Assembly: GCA_964638895.1 (NCBI GenBank)
Contig: CAZWYY010000012.1
Location: 950 to 64,949 of the forward strand
Source of the DNA: an uncultured Spirochaetaceae bacterium
Lineage (GTDB): Bacteria; Spirochaetota; Spirochaetia; SZUA-6; RPPD01
DNA length: 64,000 nucleotides
Direction: 5' to 3'
The notes under the pieces are model-generated. The model was not told the DNA's origin. It searched no databases and saw only the letters and a program-made list of their open reading frames with translations. Position 1 is the stretch's first letter. Every line of letters starts with the position of its first letter. A program made the translations under genes and the position numbers. Shown here piece by piece: positions 28,652 through 36,987 of this stretch.

Positions 28652-28947
28652 GGCGTGTTGAATGCGGGGTCCACCTTGATATTGTTTATAATCGCGGAAT
28701 CCTTGTCCGTTTTAAGCCGGATAATCTCCTCCGCCCTGGATTTTTCCCTTTCGTTATTGAGTTTTCCGAATATTTCGATCTTCTTTTTGCCGGACAGTGC
28801 CGTATCGCCGATTGTGATTGAAATATTCGTGGTATCGGTTAATTCCGGGTCCTCCCTGAGGGCCGCCAGCAGTTTCTCATGCAACTCCTTGTGACCCTCT
28901 TCCGGACCCATATTCGCCATGCTTCTAAAGCGTTCGTTACCCCGCAT
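28648..28947 (-). CDS. small BON-like domain protein, hypothetical
   Basis: Start is chosen at ATG 28947 (MRGNERF...), behind GGAGGT. The 99-aa product has the pattern NISITIGDTALSGKKKIEIFGKLNNEREKSRAEEIIRL...INNIKV, which resembles a BON domain. Confidence 0.5.
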   Translation of the reverse strand: MRGNERFRSMANMGPEEGHKELHEKLLAALREDPELTDTTNISITIGDTALSGKKKIEIFGKLNNEREKSRAEEIIRLKTDKDSAIINNIKVDPAFNTP

Positions 28948-29119
28948 ATCTACCTCCGATCTTTTGGTTTCTTTCAATGTACTGATATAAGCGCGGAGAC
29001 GACATGGTAAGAATCCTGAATTTCCTGACCTCATTCCATGGCATAAACATGGAATCCAATCAATAAAAAGGTGAAATGGCTCATTGTTTGTGAAATCCTG
29101 CAGCGGTAGGTTATGTCAA

Positions 29120-29953
29120 ATGTCGATCAAAACAATCACCGAACAGGTAAGGCTATATAATAACGTGGATATGCCGGCTGTCGGTTTCGGCGTATTCCTG
29201 ATAAAACCCGGCAGGGAGACAATACAGTGCGTAGAGGAGGCCCTTAAGGCCGGCTACCGTTCCATAGATACCGCCACGTTTTATGAGAACGAGGCGGATG
29301 TGGGACGGGCCATACGGCAGAGCGGCATTCCCAGAGAAGAGTTGTTCGTCACTACCAAGGTGTGGCCCACGGACCAGGGCTATGACCAAACACTTCGTGC
29401 TTTCCATAATAGTCTGGAAAAGCTGCAGACCGGATACATTGATCTTTATCTTATCCACTGGCCCAGGGAATCGAAAAGCGTGGAGACCTGGAAGGCATTG
29501 GAAATCCTGTATAAAAATAAAGAGGTCAGGGCCATAGGATTGAGTAATTACACCATCCGGCACATTGAGCGCTTAAGGGAACACTGGGAAATACCCGCCA
29601 TGGTCAACCAGATCGAATATCACCCATACCTGCAGCAGCCGGATCTCGTCCGTTTCTGTCAACGAAACGTGATTCATGTTGAAGCCTGGAGTCCGCTGAT
29701 GCGGGGTGAGGTCCTATATAACACCACCATCAAGAACCTGGCCGCCAAATACGAAAGAACACCCGCCCAGGTTACCCTGCGCTGGGAGCTGCAGAAGGGC
29801 ATTGTAGTGATTCCCAAATCCGTGCATAAAAAAAGGATTATCGAAAACCGCAACCTATTCGACTTCTCCATTTCTGAGGCTGATATAAAAAAAATAGACG
29901 CCCTGGACAAGGGAGAGCGCATCGGCCCTGATCCGAGTACCATTAATTTTTAA
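29120..29953 (+). CDS. aldo/keto reductase (2,5-diketo-D-gluconate reductase-like)
   Basis: The sequence contains MPAVGFGVF, GYRSIDTATFYENE, DLYLIHWP and IPKS. Start ATG 29120 is preferred over the track's TTG at 29084. Confidence 0.88.
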   Translation: MSIKTITEQVRLYNNVDMPAVGFGVFLIKPGRETIQCVEEALKAGYRSIDTATFYENEADVGRAIRQSGIPREELFVTTKVWPTDQGYDQTLRAFHNSLEKLQTGYIDLYLIHWPRESKSVETWKALEILYKNKEVRAIGLSNYTIRHIERLREHWEIPAMVNQIEYHPYLQQPDLVRFCQRNVIHVEAWSPLMRGEVLYNTTIKNLAAKYERTPAQVTLRWELQKGIVVIPKSVHKKRIIENRNLFDFSISEADIKKIDALDKGERIGPDPSTINF

Positions 29954-32900
29954 GGGATGTGACGGCGGCGCCCCTTTCATCACAGGAATACGCATACCAC
30001 CGGTTTTTATATATGAATTTGAAAGAGAGTTTTTTCCAATGCGGGGGCAGATGCGGACGGGCGGTCGGTACGGCGCCGTGCAGATCGATTCCGGCCAGGG
30101 CCCGCATAATAATATCAAGGGTACCCCCCATTACTCCGCAGTGGATGCCCTCCGCCGTGGTCCCGCCCTGAATATCATGCACATCGCTTTCAAGAGCGAT
30201 TAAAAAACCATGCCACATTTCCCGGCTTCTGTCGGTGTATTTCAGCACAAAGGAATGAACCACATGGGCCAGGGTAGAACCGCTGCTGGAACGCGGGACA
30301 TAGTAGTCATAATTGGCAAGCAGCAGCCTATCGGCGTCCTCCACCTTATACCCCAGCTGCTCCAGTATCTCCTTCACCTGTGGGGGAGACAACAGATAGA
30401 AAAGCATCAGCACATCGGCCTGCTTATTGATTTTATAACGGTCCGGTGAATCGTCTTCAGATTTAAGGATACGGTCAAGCCTTTGTATATTATTATACTT
30501 TCGCCGGTACTTCTCCCAGTCGAGTTCCTTGAGGTTCATGTAGCCCGTGAACTGGGAGATCAGGCCATGCGCATCAATGTGCACGCAAAGCAGTCCGCTT
30601 ATTTTTTGCCACTCCTCGCGCTCATCCATGGAGAACCCTGTTTTCCCTTCAAGTGCGCGCAGTACGTCACCGGGCGTATGGGCTAGCAGCTCGGCGGTCC
30701 TGCGCAGCACCCAGGCAACCATAATATTGGTATAGGCATTGTCATCAAAACCTCCCCTGTCCGCATCAGGATACTTTTCATGAAACTCATCCGGCCCCAT
30801 AACACCCCGGATGTGATACCGTTTGTCCCGCGCGTCAAAGGAGGCGATGCTGGTCCAGAACCGGGCGATCTCCACCAACATCTCCAGTCCGTATGAATGT
30901 AGAAACTCCTTATCGGCGGTATATTCACAATAGGTGATGATATTATAACACACGGCCAGCGATATATGCCGCTGCAGACTGCTTAAGTCCGGATCCCACC
31001 CGCCGGAAACCGGGTTGTAATGGAGTGTTTGTGACTCTTCTTTTCCGCTGTCCGCGGACTGCCACGGAAACATGGCGCCCTTATACCCGTGCGCGGCGGC
31101 ATACTCCCGCGCCGCGTCAAGCCGATAATACCGGTATAAAAGCTGGGAACGGGCAATAGCGGGAAAATGCAGGATATAAAACGGCAGGATAAAAAGCGTG
31201 TCCCAGAAAATATGCCCCCGGTAGGCCTCTCCGTGCAGCCCCCTGGCCGGGATCCCGGTGTTTTTCAGGCAGGTATGCGCGGATGCTGCCACCAGCAGAT
31301 GATAACTGTGCAGGCGCACTATTTTCTGGGAGAACCGGTCCCCGGTAATGTCAACATCCATCTTTTCCCACAACGAGTGCCAGCGTTTTTTATGCCGCGA
31401 AAACAACCGGGCGTAGTTCCCCATTTTTTTCAAGTCGGAAAGCGCGGCGGCCTGGGGATCGGGAACCTCCGTATCCAAAGAGGTATAGATACTAACCAGT
31501 TTTTCCACAACAACAGGCCGCCCCCGGACCGCGCGCACCTCGAAAATCTCGGAGATGAACCCGCTGCGTTTATGCACATGGACCGGTCCGGCCAAAACCT
31601 TCTTATTGCGGTATACCCTGGTGGCGGAGTTCATATAAATACGCACGCGCGATGTGACGGTTTCCGTCACCAGGCATATACCGGGGGAACAAGCGCCCGC
31701 CTCTACGGGGGAAAGATGATTGGAGTTGAGGTTACGGTAGCGCTGCACCCCGTTATTATATACGGTCCCGTCCAATGCTGATTTCACGGCTATGCGCGCC
31801 GAATAATTGTGGGGAATGATAATGTACTTCAGGGCCACACAGTGGGGGTTGTCCATACTGGCGATGCGATAGCTTTCCACAGTGGTAATCCTGCCGGCTT
31901 TGTCCCTGAAGGTGATGACCCTTTTCATCTCCGCATTATACATATCAAGACTGTGCTCATACTCCAGGATCTCGGCCTCAAACGGATAGATGTTGTGGGA
32001 GCCGCCGATATTCAACTCCAGCAGCAGCCAGTTAGGGCAGTTCACCAGATCGTTGTTTTCGATGGACCTGCCGTGAATACGGGTGGACAGCCTGTTGTAC
32101 ACCCCGGCGATATAGGTTCCCGGATAGTGGGTTTCAGAACCACGTTCATTAAGGCAACATCCCCGGGTACCCAGGTATCCGTTGCCGACTGTGGTGAGGG
32201 ACTCGCGCAGCTTCTCGACCTCCGGATCAAAATCCCTGAAACGCAGAATCCAATTTTCCCCGGCCAGCCCCTTTTCAAACCACCGGCGTATCCGCTCGTA
32301 ATTCAGTTGATCCAGGCCGGTTACCACCATATCCGCGCCGTGTGCGTATAACCGCTTTTCATTTTGATGACGCGCGATGCCGATAACCAGGCTGAAATTC
32401 CCATCCACCCCGGCCTCCACCCCGGTAAGCGCGTCTTCGGCCATGGCGCATTCGGCGGGCGAAAGCCCAATCTTCTCGGCGGCGGTGACAAACAGATCCC
32501 CGTGGGGCTTACTTCGTAATCCCAGCTCTGCGGCCGTATTGCCGTCCACCACCGCCCGGAACAGCCCGTGCAAGCCCATGTGTTTCAGAATAAACGACCC
32601 ATTCTTACTGGAGGTGGCAACCCCGGTTTTAATGCCCCGCTCTCCGAGTTCCTTGATAAACTCAACCGCGTGGGGATACGCATCCACCCCTTCCCGTTCG
32701 ATCAGCGCCCGGAACAGCTTGTTCTTTCGGTTCCCCACCCCGCATACGGTATTTTGCCGCGGATCATCCTCCGGCTTTCCGTAGGGGATCTCAATGCCGC
32801 GCGACTCAAGAAACGTCTTTACGCCCTCGTACCGTGAGCGGCCGTCCACATAGGGGATATAGTCCCTTTCATATTCGAAGGGCACGAAGTCTGCGGCGCG

Positions 32901-33029
32901 GCCGCCGTCGTAATCAGGGCCTTTTCCCTTGAGATACGTATCAAATACCTGTTTCCAGGCCTGAAAATGAAGCTTGGCGGTTTGGGTGATTACCCCGTCC
33001 AGATCGAAGATTATGCCCTTAAACTGCAT
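29943..33029 (-). CDS. fusion protein: beta-phosphoglucomutase-type HAD domain + glycoside hydrolase family 65 alpha-glucoside phosphorylase
   Basis: 1028 aa. The N-terminal 250 aa or so carry GIIFDLDGVITQTAKLHFQAW, GVATSSKN and EDALTGVEAG. The rest is a GH65 N-domain plus an (alpha/alpha)6 catalytic domain with HIRGVMGPDEFHE (general-acid Glu context). Confidence 0.85.
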   Translation of the reverse strand: MQFKGIIFDLDGVITQTAKLHFQAWKQVFDTYLKGKGPDYDGGRAADFVPFEYERDYIPYVDGRSRYEGVKTFLESRGIEIPYGKPEDDPRQNTVCGVGNRKNKLFRALIEREGVDAYPHAVEFIKELGERGIKTGVATSSKNGSFILKHMGLHGLFRAVVDGNTAAELGLRSKPHGDLFVTAAEKIGLSPAECAMAEDALTGVEAGVDGNFSLVIGIARHQNEKRLYAHGADMVVTGLDQLNYERIRRWFEKGLAGENWILRFRDFDPEVEKLRESLTTVGNGYLGTRGCCLNERGSETHYPGTYIAGVYNRLSTRIHGRSIENNDLVNCPNWLLLELNIGGSHNIYPFEAEILEYEHSLDMYNAEMKRVITFRDKAGRITTVESYRIASMDNPHCVALKYIIIPHNYSARIAVKSALDGTVYNNGVQRYRNLNSNHLSPVEAGACSPGICLVTETVTSRVRIYMNSATRVYRNKKVLAGPVHVHKRSGFISEIFEVRAVRGRPVVVEKLVSIYTSLDTEVPDPQAAALSDLKKMGNYARLFSRHKKRWHSLWEKMDVDITGDRFSQKIVRLHSYHLLVAASAHTCLKNTGIPARGLHGEAYRGHIFWDTLFILPFYILHFPAIARSQLLYRYYRLDAAREYAAAHGYKGAMFPWQSADSGKEESQTLHYNPVSGGWDPDLSSLQRHISLAVCYNIITYCEYTADKEFLHSYGLEMLVEIARFWTSIASFDARDKRYHIRGVMGPDEFHEKYPDADRGGFDDNAYTNIMVAWVLRRTAELLAHTPGDVLRALEGKTGFSMDEREEWQKISGLLCVHIDAHGLISQFTGYMNLKELDWEKYRRKYNNIQRLDRILKSEDDSPDRYKINKQADVLMLFYLLSPPQVKEILEQLGYKVEDADRLLLANYDYYVPRSSSGSTLAHVVHSFVLKYTDRSREMWHGFLIALESDVHDIQGGTTAEGIHCGVMGGTLDIIMRALAGIDLHGAVPTARPHLPPHWKKLSFKFIYKNRWYAYSCDERGAAVTSLKN

Positions 33030-33038
33030 AAGCCGGCG

Positions 33039-34238
33039 TCATCCTTTCCGCGTCAATTGATGGAGCAACAGAATAAGGCTGTCGGGCGTGGAAACAAAAA
33101 AACTGCGTTCACAGAGGGAGGAAACCTTCCGCCGTAAATCGGCGTCCCGCGTAACAAACACCGCGTATACATCCGGGGAATACCCCAATGCGGTTCGGAC
33201 CATGGGCAGATCTGAGGCCGTGTCACCGCACACCAAATTGGGGCCATTGGCAAGCTCAAGCTCCAACTGCTCATCCAGGAATTTGATGCCGTCACCCTTG
33301 TCGAAATCCTTGGGACGTTCCATGGTGTCACCCTCAATGGTCAGGATTATCTCGATATCCCTGCCCGTGTCCTCAATCCGGAAGAATCGGGCGTCCCGGT
33401 CAAGTGCACGAACCAAATCCCGGACCCGTGTCAGCAGGGCCTGTGATGTCCGCTCCGGGATTGTATTGTATATATCCTGGCGGGCCAGGGTTGTCTGCCC
33501 GAATTTAAACTGCAGGCCGGAACCGACAGAGAGAAAAATCCGGTATTCAGGCTGCGCCGTCAATTCCGCCAGGCGTTTGTTCAATTGTATAAGCATGTCT
33601 TGTTTTTTCGGGTCGATGGCCAGGCGACGTTTTCTGCCGTGGATATCCATATACTCACGGCCTTTGGAGCCGGCGTAATGAAAAATCAGCGGCGGATTGA
33701 TACTCAACTCCAACAGCCCGGTATGCTCCAGCGGCGCCGAGGTGAGGATCACACTGTTCCCGCATTTTAACAGCGCGAAGGCTGAAAGAAAATAAGCGTT
33801 ATATATTGATTGCACGGAAGAAAGGTAGCGTCCGCAGTAATTATTTATGGTGCCGTCCCTGTCCGTAATGAAGTTGTTGAAGTTTTTATTTTTTAAAAGC
33901 CCAAACCCCTCCTTCACCTCTGTTTTTACGTCGGGCTCATTATTCTGATAAATGTAATATAAAAATGAATCGGGCACATGATTCAGAAACGCGATATCCT
34001 TTTCCAACTCCTGCAGTTCATAAGAAAGGTTGAAGCCGATCTCCTCCCCGTTTTGGGTAAAAACAGAGAGACCGTCTTTGCGCGGGATATTCCTCAACGT
34101 ATCATAAATACCTTGTAACTCCTGCTTATAACTCTGCGAAAACTTCATGCTCTGGATCAGACCATACACAATGGTTCTGCGGATCTGCACGCTCCAGGAC
34201 ATAAGCTGGTTCAAATCCTCAACACTAAAGGGTTCCAT
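33039..34238 (-). CDS. HAD-superfamily phosphatase, trehalose-phosphatase-like, with N-terminal helical domain
   Basis: 399 aa. HAD motifs are FITDRDGTINNY (I), VILTSAP (II) and CGDTASDLPM (IV), preceded by a helical region of about 120 aa. It lies 9 nt upstream of the GH65 fusion and 7 nt downstream of the flavodiiron gene. Confidence 0.6.
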   Translation of the reverse strand: MEPFSVEDLNQLMSWSVQIRRTIVYGLIQSMKFSQSYKQELQGIYDTLRNIPRKDGLSVFTQNGEEIGFNLSYELQELEKDIAFLNHVPDSFLYYIYQNNEPDVKTEVKEGFGLLKNKNFNNFITDRDGTINNYCGRYLSSVQSIYNAYFLSAFALLKCGNSVILTSAPLEHTGLLELSINPPLIFHYAGSKGREYMDIHGRKRRLAIDPKKQDMLIQLNKRLAELTAQPEYRIFLSVGSGLQFKFGQTTLARQDIYNTIPERTSQALLTRVRDLVRALDRDARFFRIEDTGRDIEIILTIEGDTMERPKDFDKGDGIKFLDEQLELELANGPNLVCGDTASDLPMVRTALGYSPDVYAVFVTRDADLRRKVSSLCERSFFVSTPDSLILLLHQLTRKG

Positions 34239-34245
34239 TTTTAAC

Positions 34246-35442
34246 TTACGCTTTTATCAGACGGGCGAATTCGGCCCCGAACTCCTCTCCACGGCGAAGC
34301 TCATCCTGGTCCGGGCCTCCCGGGAACTCAAAATCCATCACCATCTCCCAACCCGCGGGCTCGGTAAGCCGTTTTATCTCCTTCAGGGCCCCTTTGCTCC
34401 AGCCGTAGCTGCCGAACATTGCCGTCTTTTTATTTCTGACGCGCTTGATCAGCGCCATCTCCAGCACATGCACAAGCGGCGGGAACAGGCTGCCCTCGTA
34501 AGTAGGAGCGCCGAGCAGCACCCCGCTTTGTGTCCAGAGAAAAGGGAGGATGTAGCTGACGTGCGTACGGGCGGCGTCGAATATATGTACGGGAACCCCC
34601 TGCCTGGAAATCCCCTCGCTTACCGCGTTCATCATATGCTCCGTATTCCCGTACATGGAGCCGTAGATGAGGGTAATGCCTTTTTCAGTGGGGCCGTCGG
34701 CGTAGTTCGCCCACTGCCTGTACAGGTCGACAATACGCCGCGGCTCTTTTCTCCATATCAAACCATGCGAGGGAGCGATAACGTCGACCGCAAGTCCGTC
34801 TATCTTCTCTATGGCCTTGAGGGTAGGCCCTGTAAACTTGGCGATGATATTCACAAAATAGCGCAGCGCCTCTTTCTGATAAAACTCCGGGTCCGTACAT
34901 TCATCGTCAAAGATCGCGCCGCGCAGCGCGCCGTAGCCCCCGAACGCGTCACAGGAAAACAATACCTTTGAGTTCTTCTCATACGTAACCATGGTTTCCG
35001 GCCAGTGCACGAAGGGAACGTGAAAAAACTGCAGTGTCCTTTTTCCGATCGATACCTCCTCGCCGTCCGCCACCTCCCGTACATTGGCCGTTATCTGGTA
35101 AAAGTCCTCCAGCATTTTTTTGGCCTTGGGGGTGGTGAGGATGGTGATGTCAGGTGATAATTTTTTAAGCACATGCAGAATCCCGGTGTGATCGGGCTCC
35201 ATATGGTTTATGACCACATAGTCGATGTCTGCGCCCTGCAGCGCGGCCTCAAGCTGGTCAAAATAGTTCTCGGTCTTCAATGATTTGGCCAGGTCAATGA
35301 TCACCTTTTTTTCATCGCGTATAAGATAGGAATTATACGAAACCCCTTCCTTACTTATGGGCCAGATTCCCTCAAACAGGTCGGTGGTTCTGTCGTTTAC
35401 ACCGATCCAGAAAATGTCGGGCCTGATCTCGATTGCCGGCAT
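34246..35442 (-). CDS. flavodiiron protein (FprA-type O2/NO reductase)
   Basis: 398 aa. The metallo-beta-lactamase-like di-iron site is INHMEPDHTG. The C-terminal flavodoxin domain reads ITLIYGSMYGNTEHM...GAPTYEG. Confidence 0.9.
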   Translation of the reverse strand: MPAIEIRPDIFWIGVNDRTTDLFEGIWPISKEGVSYNSYLIRDEKKVIIDLAKSLKTENYFDQLEAALQGADIDYVVINHMEPDHTGILHVLKKLSPDITILTTPKAKKMLEDFYQITANVREVADGEEVSIGKRTLQFFHVPFVHWPETMVTYEKNSKVLFSCDAFGGYGALRGAIFDDECTDPEFYQKEALRYFVNIIAKFTGPTLKAIEKIDGLAVDVIAPSHGLIWRKEPRRIVDLYRQWANYADGPTEKGITLIYGSMYGNTEHMMNAVSEGISRQGVPVHIFDAARTHVSYILPFLWTQSGVLLGAPTYEGSLFPPLVHVLEMALIKRVRNKKTAMFGSYGWSKGALKEIKRLTEPAGWEMVMDFEFPGGPDQDELRRGEEFGAEFARLIKA

Positions 35443-35542
35443 TGTGTTCTCCTTATTTTTTAAAAATATGTATCACACAGTCCCGGGGTTCCCCCAGGCT
35501 TATATATAATAGTACTCATGCCCGTCACATTATTCAAGTTTT

Positions 35543-36163
35543 CTATAATGATTTGAGTATTTCCAGGACCTCGCCGTCGCTCACGTCCCTCCAATTCCGG
35601 TATACCTGGGCAACGGCCCTGAAATGCGCGGGTGTTTCCAACGCTATCACCTCATCGGCCTGTTCGGCTATCGCCCGCATTACCCGCGTACCGGCAACCG
35701 GAACTGCGACCACGATCCGCGCGGGGGCACGCTTTTTACAGAGCATCAGCGCCGCCCTCATGGTGGAGCCCATGGCCAGGCCGTCGTCGATCAGGATGCA
35801 TGTTCTGTCCCTGAGCGCGGGCAGGGGACTGCCGTTCCGCAATATCTCAATTCTGCGCGCGATCACCTGCAGCTGTTCCTCGATTATGCGTTCGATTATG
35901 CCGGCGTCCAACAGGGCGCTTGCGGACTCATGCAGGTACAGGCTTCCGTCTTCGGCCACGGCGCCGAAACCGGACTCGGGGTTGTCCGGAAAGGGCAGCT
36001 TGCGCGAGACCAACAGGGAAAAATCGGCGTTGAGTTCCGCGGCGACCACGGCGGCCACCTCCACCCCGCCCCTGGGGATGGCCAGCACCAGGGGATTTTT
36101 ATCACGGTAGGAACGTAAAACCCCGGCCAGCCGCCGGCCCGCGTCCGCACGATCCTCAAACAT
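35543..36163 (-). CDS. phosphoribosyltransferase-family protein
   Basis: Start is chosen at ATG 36163 (MFEDRADAGRRLA). The PRPP-binding loop is CILIDDGLAMGSTMRAA. Confidence 0.8.
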   Translation of the reverse strand: MFEDRADAGRRLAGVLRSYRDKNPLVLAIPRGGVEVAAVVAAELNADFSLLVSRKLPFPDNPESGFGAVAEDGSLYLHESASALLDAGIIERIIEEQLQVIARRIEILRNGSPLPALRDRTCILIDDGLAMGSTMRAALMLCKKRAPARIVVAVPVAGTRVMRAIAEQADEVIALETPAHFRAVAQVYRNWRDVSDGEVLEILKSL

Positions 36164-36167
36164 ACGT

Positions 36168-36431
36168 CTAGCCGCACATATCGCCGAAACGCGTAGGCGT
36201 ACCGAACAAAATGGCGCCATAATCGGCTAGTTCGTCTATGGGACAGACCGGCAGATGGGCAAAAGGTTTCTGCGACTCCTCCGCCCCTATCTGTTTCAGG
36301 ATGGATCGCGGAAGGGTTTCGGGCACCCGCTTGATATCAACCTGCGCGGCCGGCACGCTTTCCGCACCCCGGGCCGCGGCCATTTTATATATATGTCCGT
36401 CTACCGAATAGAATAGAGCCAGTACTTTCAT
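36168..36431 (-). pseudogene. wrbA: truncated wrbA-like NAD(P)H:quinone oxidoreductase (N-terminal ~87 codons only)
   Basis: MKVLALFYSVDGHIYKMAA...VDIKRVPETLP...DELADYGAILFGTPTRFGDMCG* aligns with the first ~85 residues of E. coli WrbA (198 aa). It then hits TAG 4 nt before the PRTase start. A good RBS (GGAGG) is retained. Confidence 0.6.
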
Positions 36432-36589
36432 GCATAACCTCCGCTTTTTGAAATATCTCATTATTAATATATATCTTTTTCACCCGAGCAGGCAAACATA
36501 CCTTGATTTTTCCTCGTTGCTTATAAAAAGTGCGTGAAAATATGCCGGACTTATGATAGTATACATGCAAACATGCGGAAAGGAGATAC

Positions 36590-36898
36590 ATGATGCCGGA
36601 ATTTGGAAATCCATTCTCAGGGCTTGCGGAAGATCGAAAGCTTACCAAAGAAGAATTAATTCGCGCGATTCGGTTCATGATAGCCGCTGAGTATGAAGCA
36701 ATACAGCTTTATATGCAACTGGCGGAATCAACAGACAATGAATTAGCGATCAAAGTATTAAAAGATATCGCTGATGAAGAAAGAGTCCACGCCGGAGAAT
36801 TTCTTCGTTTATTAAAAGAATTAGCGCCGGATGAGGAAAAATATTATGCAGCGGGAGCGGAAGAAGTCGAAGAGGAAATTATAAAATTTAAAAAATAA
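36590..36898 (+). CDS. small ferritin-like protein of the encapsulated-ferritin (EncFtn)/rubrerythrin-like family
   Basis: 102 aa, preceded by the RBS AAGGAGA. Its two-helix ferritin half-site has E-x-x-H-type ligands (AAEYEAIQLY...DIADEERVHAGEF). The C-terminus EEVEEEIIKFKK does not look like an encapsulin targeting peptide. Confidence 0.75.
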   Translation: MMPEFGNPFSGLAEDRKLTKEELIRAIRFMIAAEYEAIQLYMQLAESTDNELAIKVLKDIADEERVHAGEFLRLLKELAPDEEKYYAAGAEEVEEEIIKFKK

Positions 36899-36920
36899 AA
36901 CGCATTCCTCACAAAAGGTT

Positions 36921-36942
36921 GCGGCGGATTGGGTTCCGCCGC
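36921..36942 (+). terminator. perfect 8-bp GC-rich hairpin downstream of the ferritin-like gene (no U-tract)
   Basis: The hairpin is GCGGCGGA-ttgggt-TCCGCCGC. It starts 23 nt after the stop codon and is followed by ggctgaat rather than a T-run. Confidence 0.35.
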
Positions 36943-36987
36943 GGCTGAATCGCAAGCCATTAGATACACATAAGGAGGATTTGAAAA

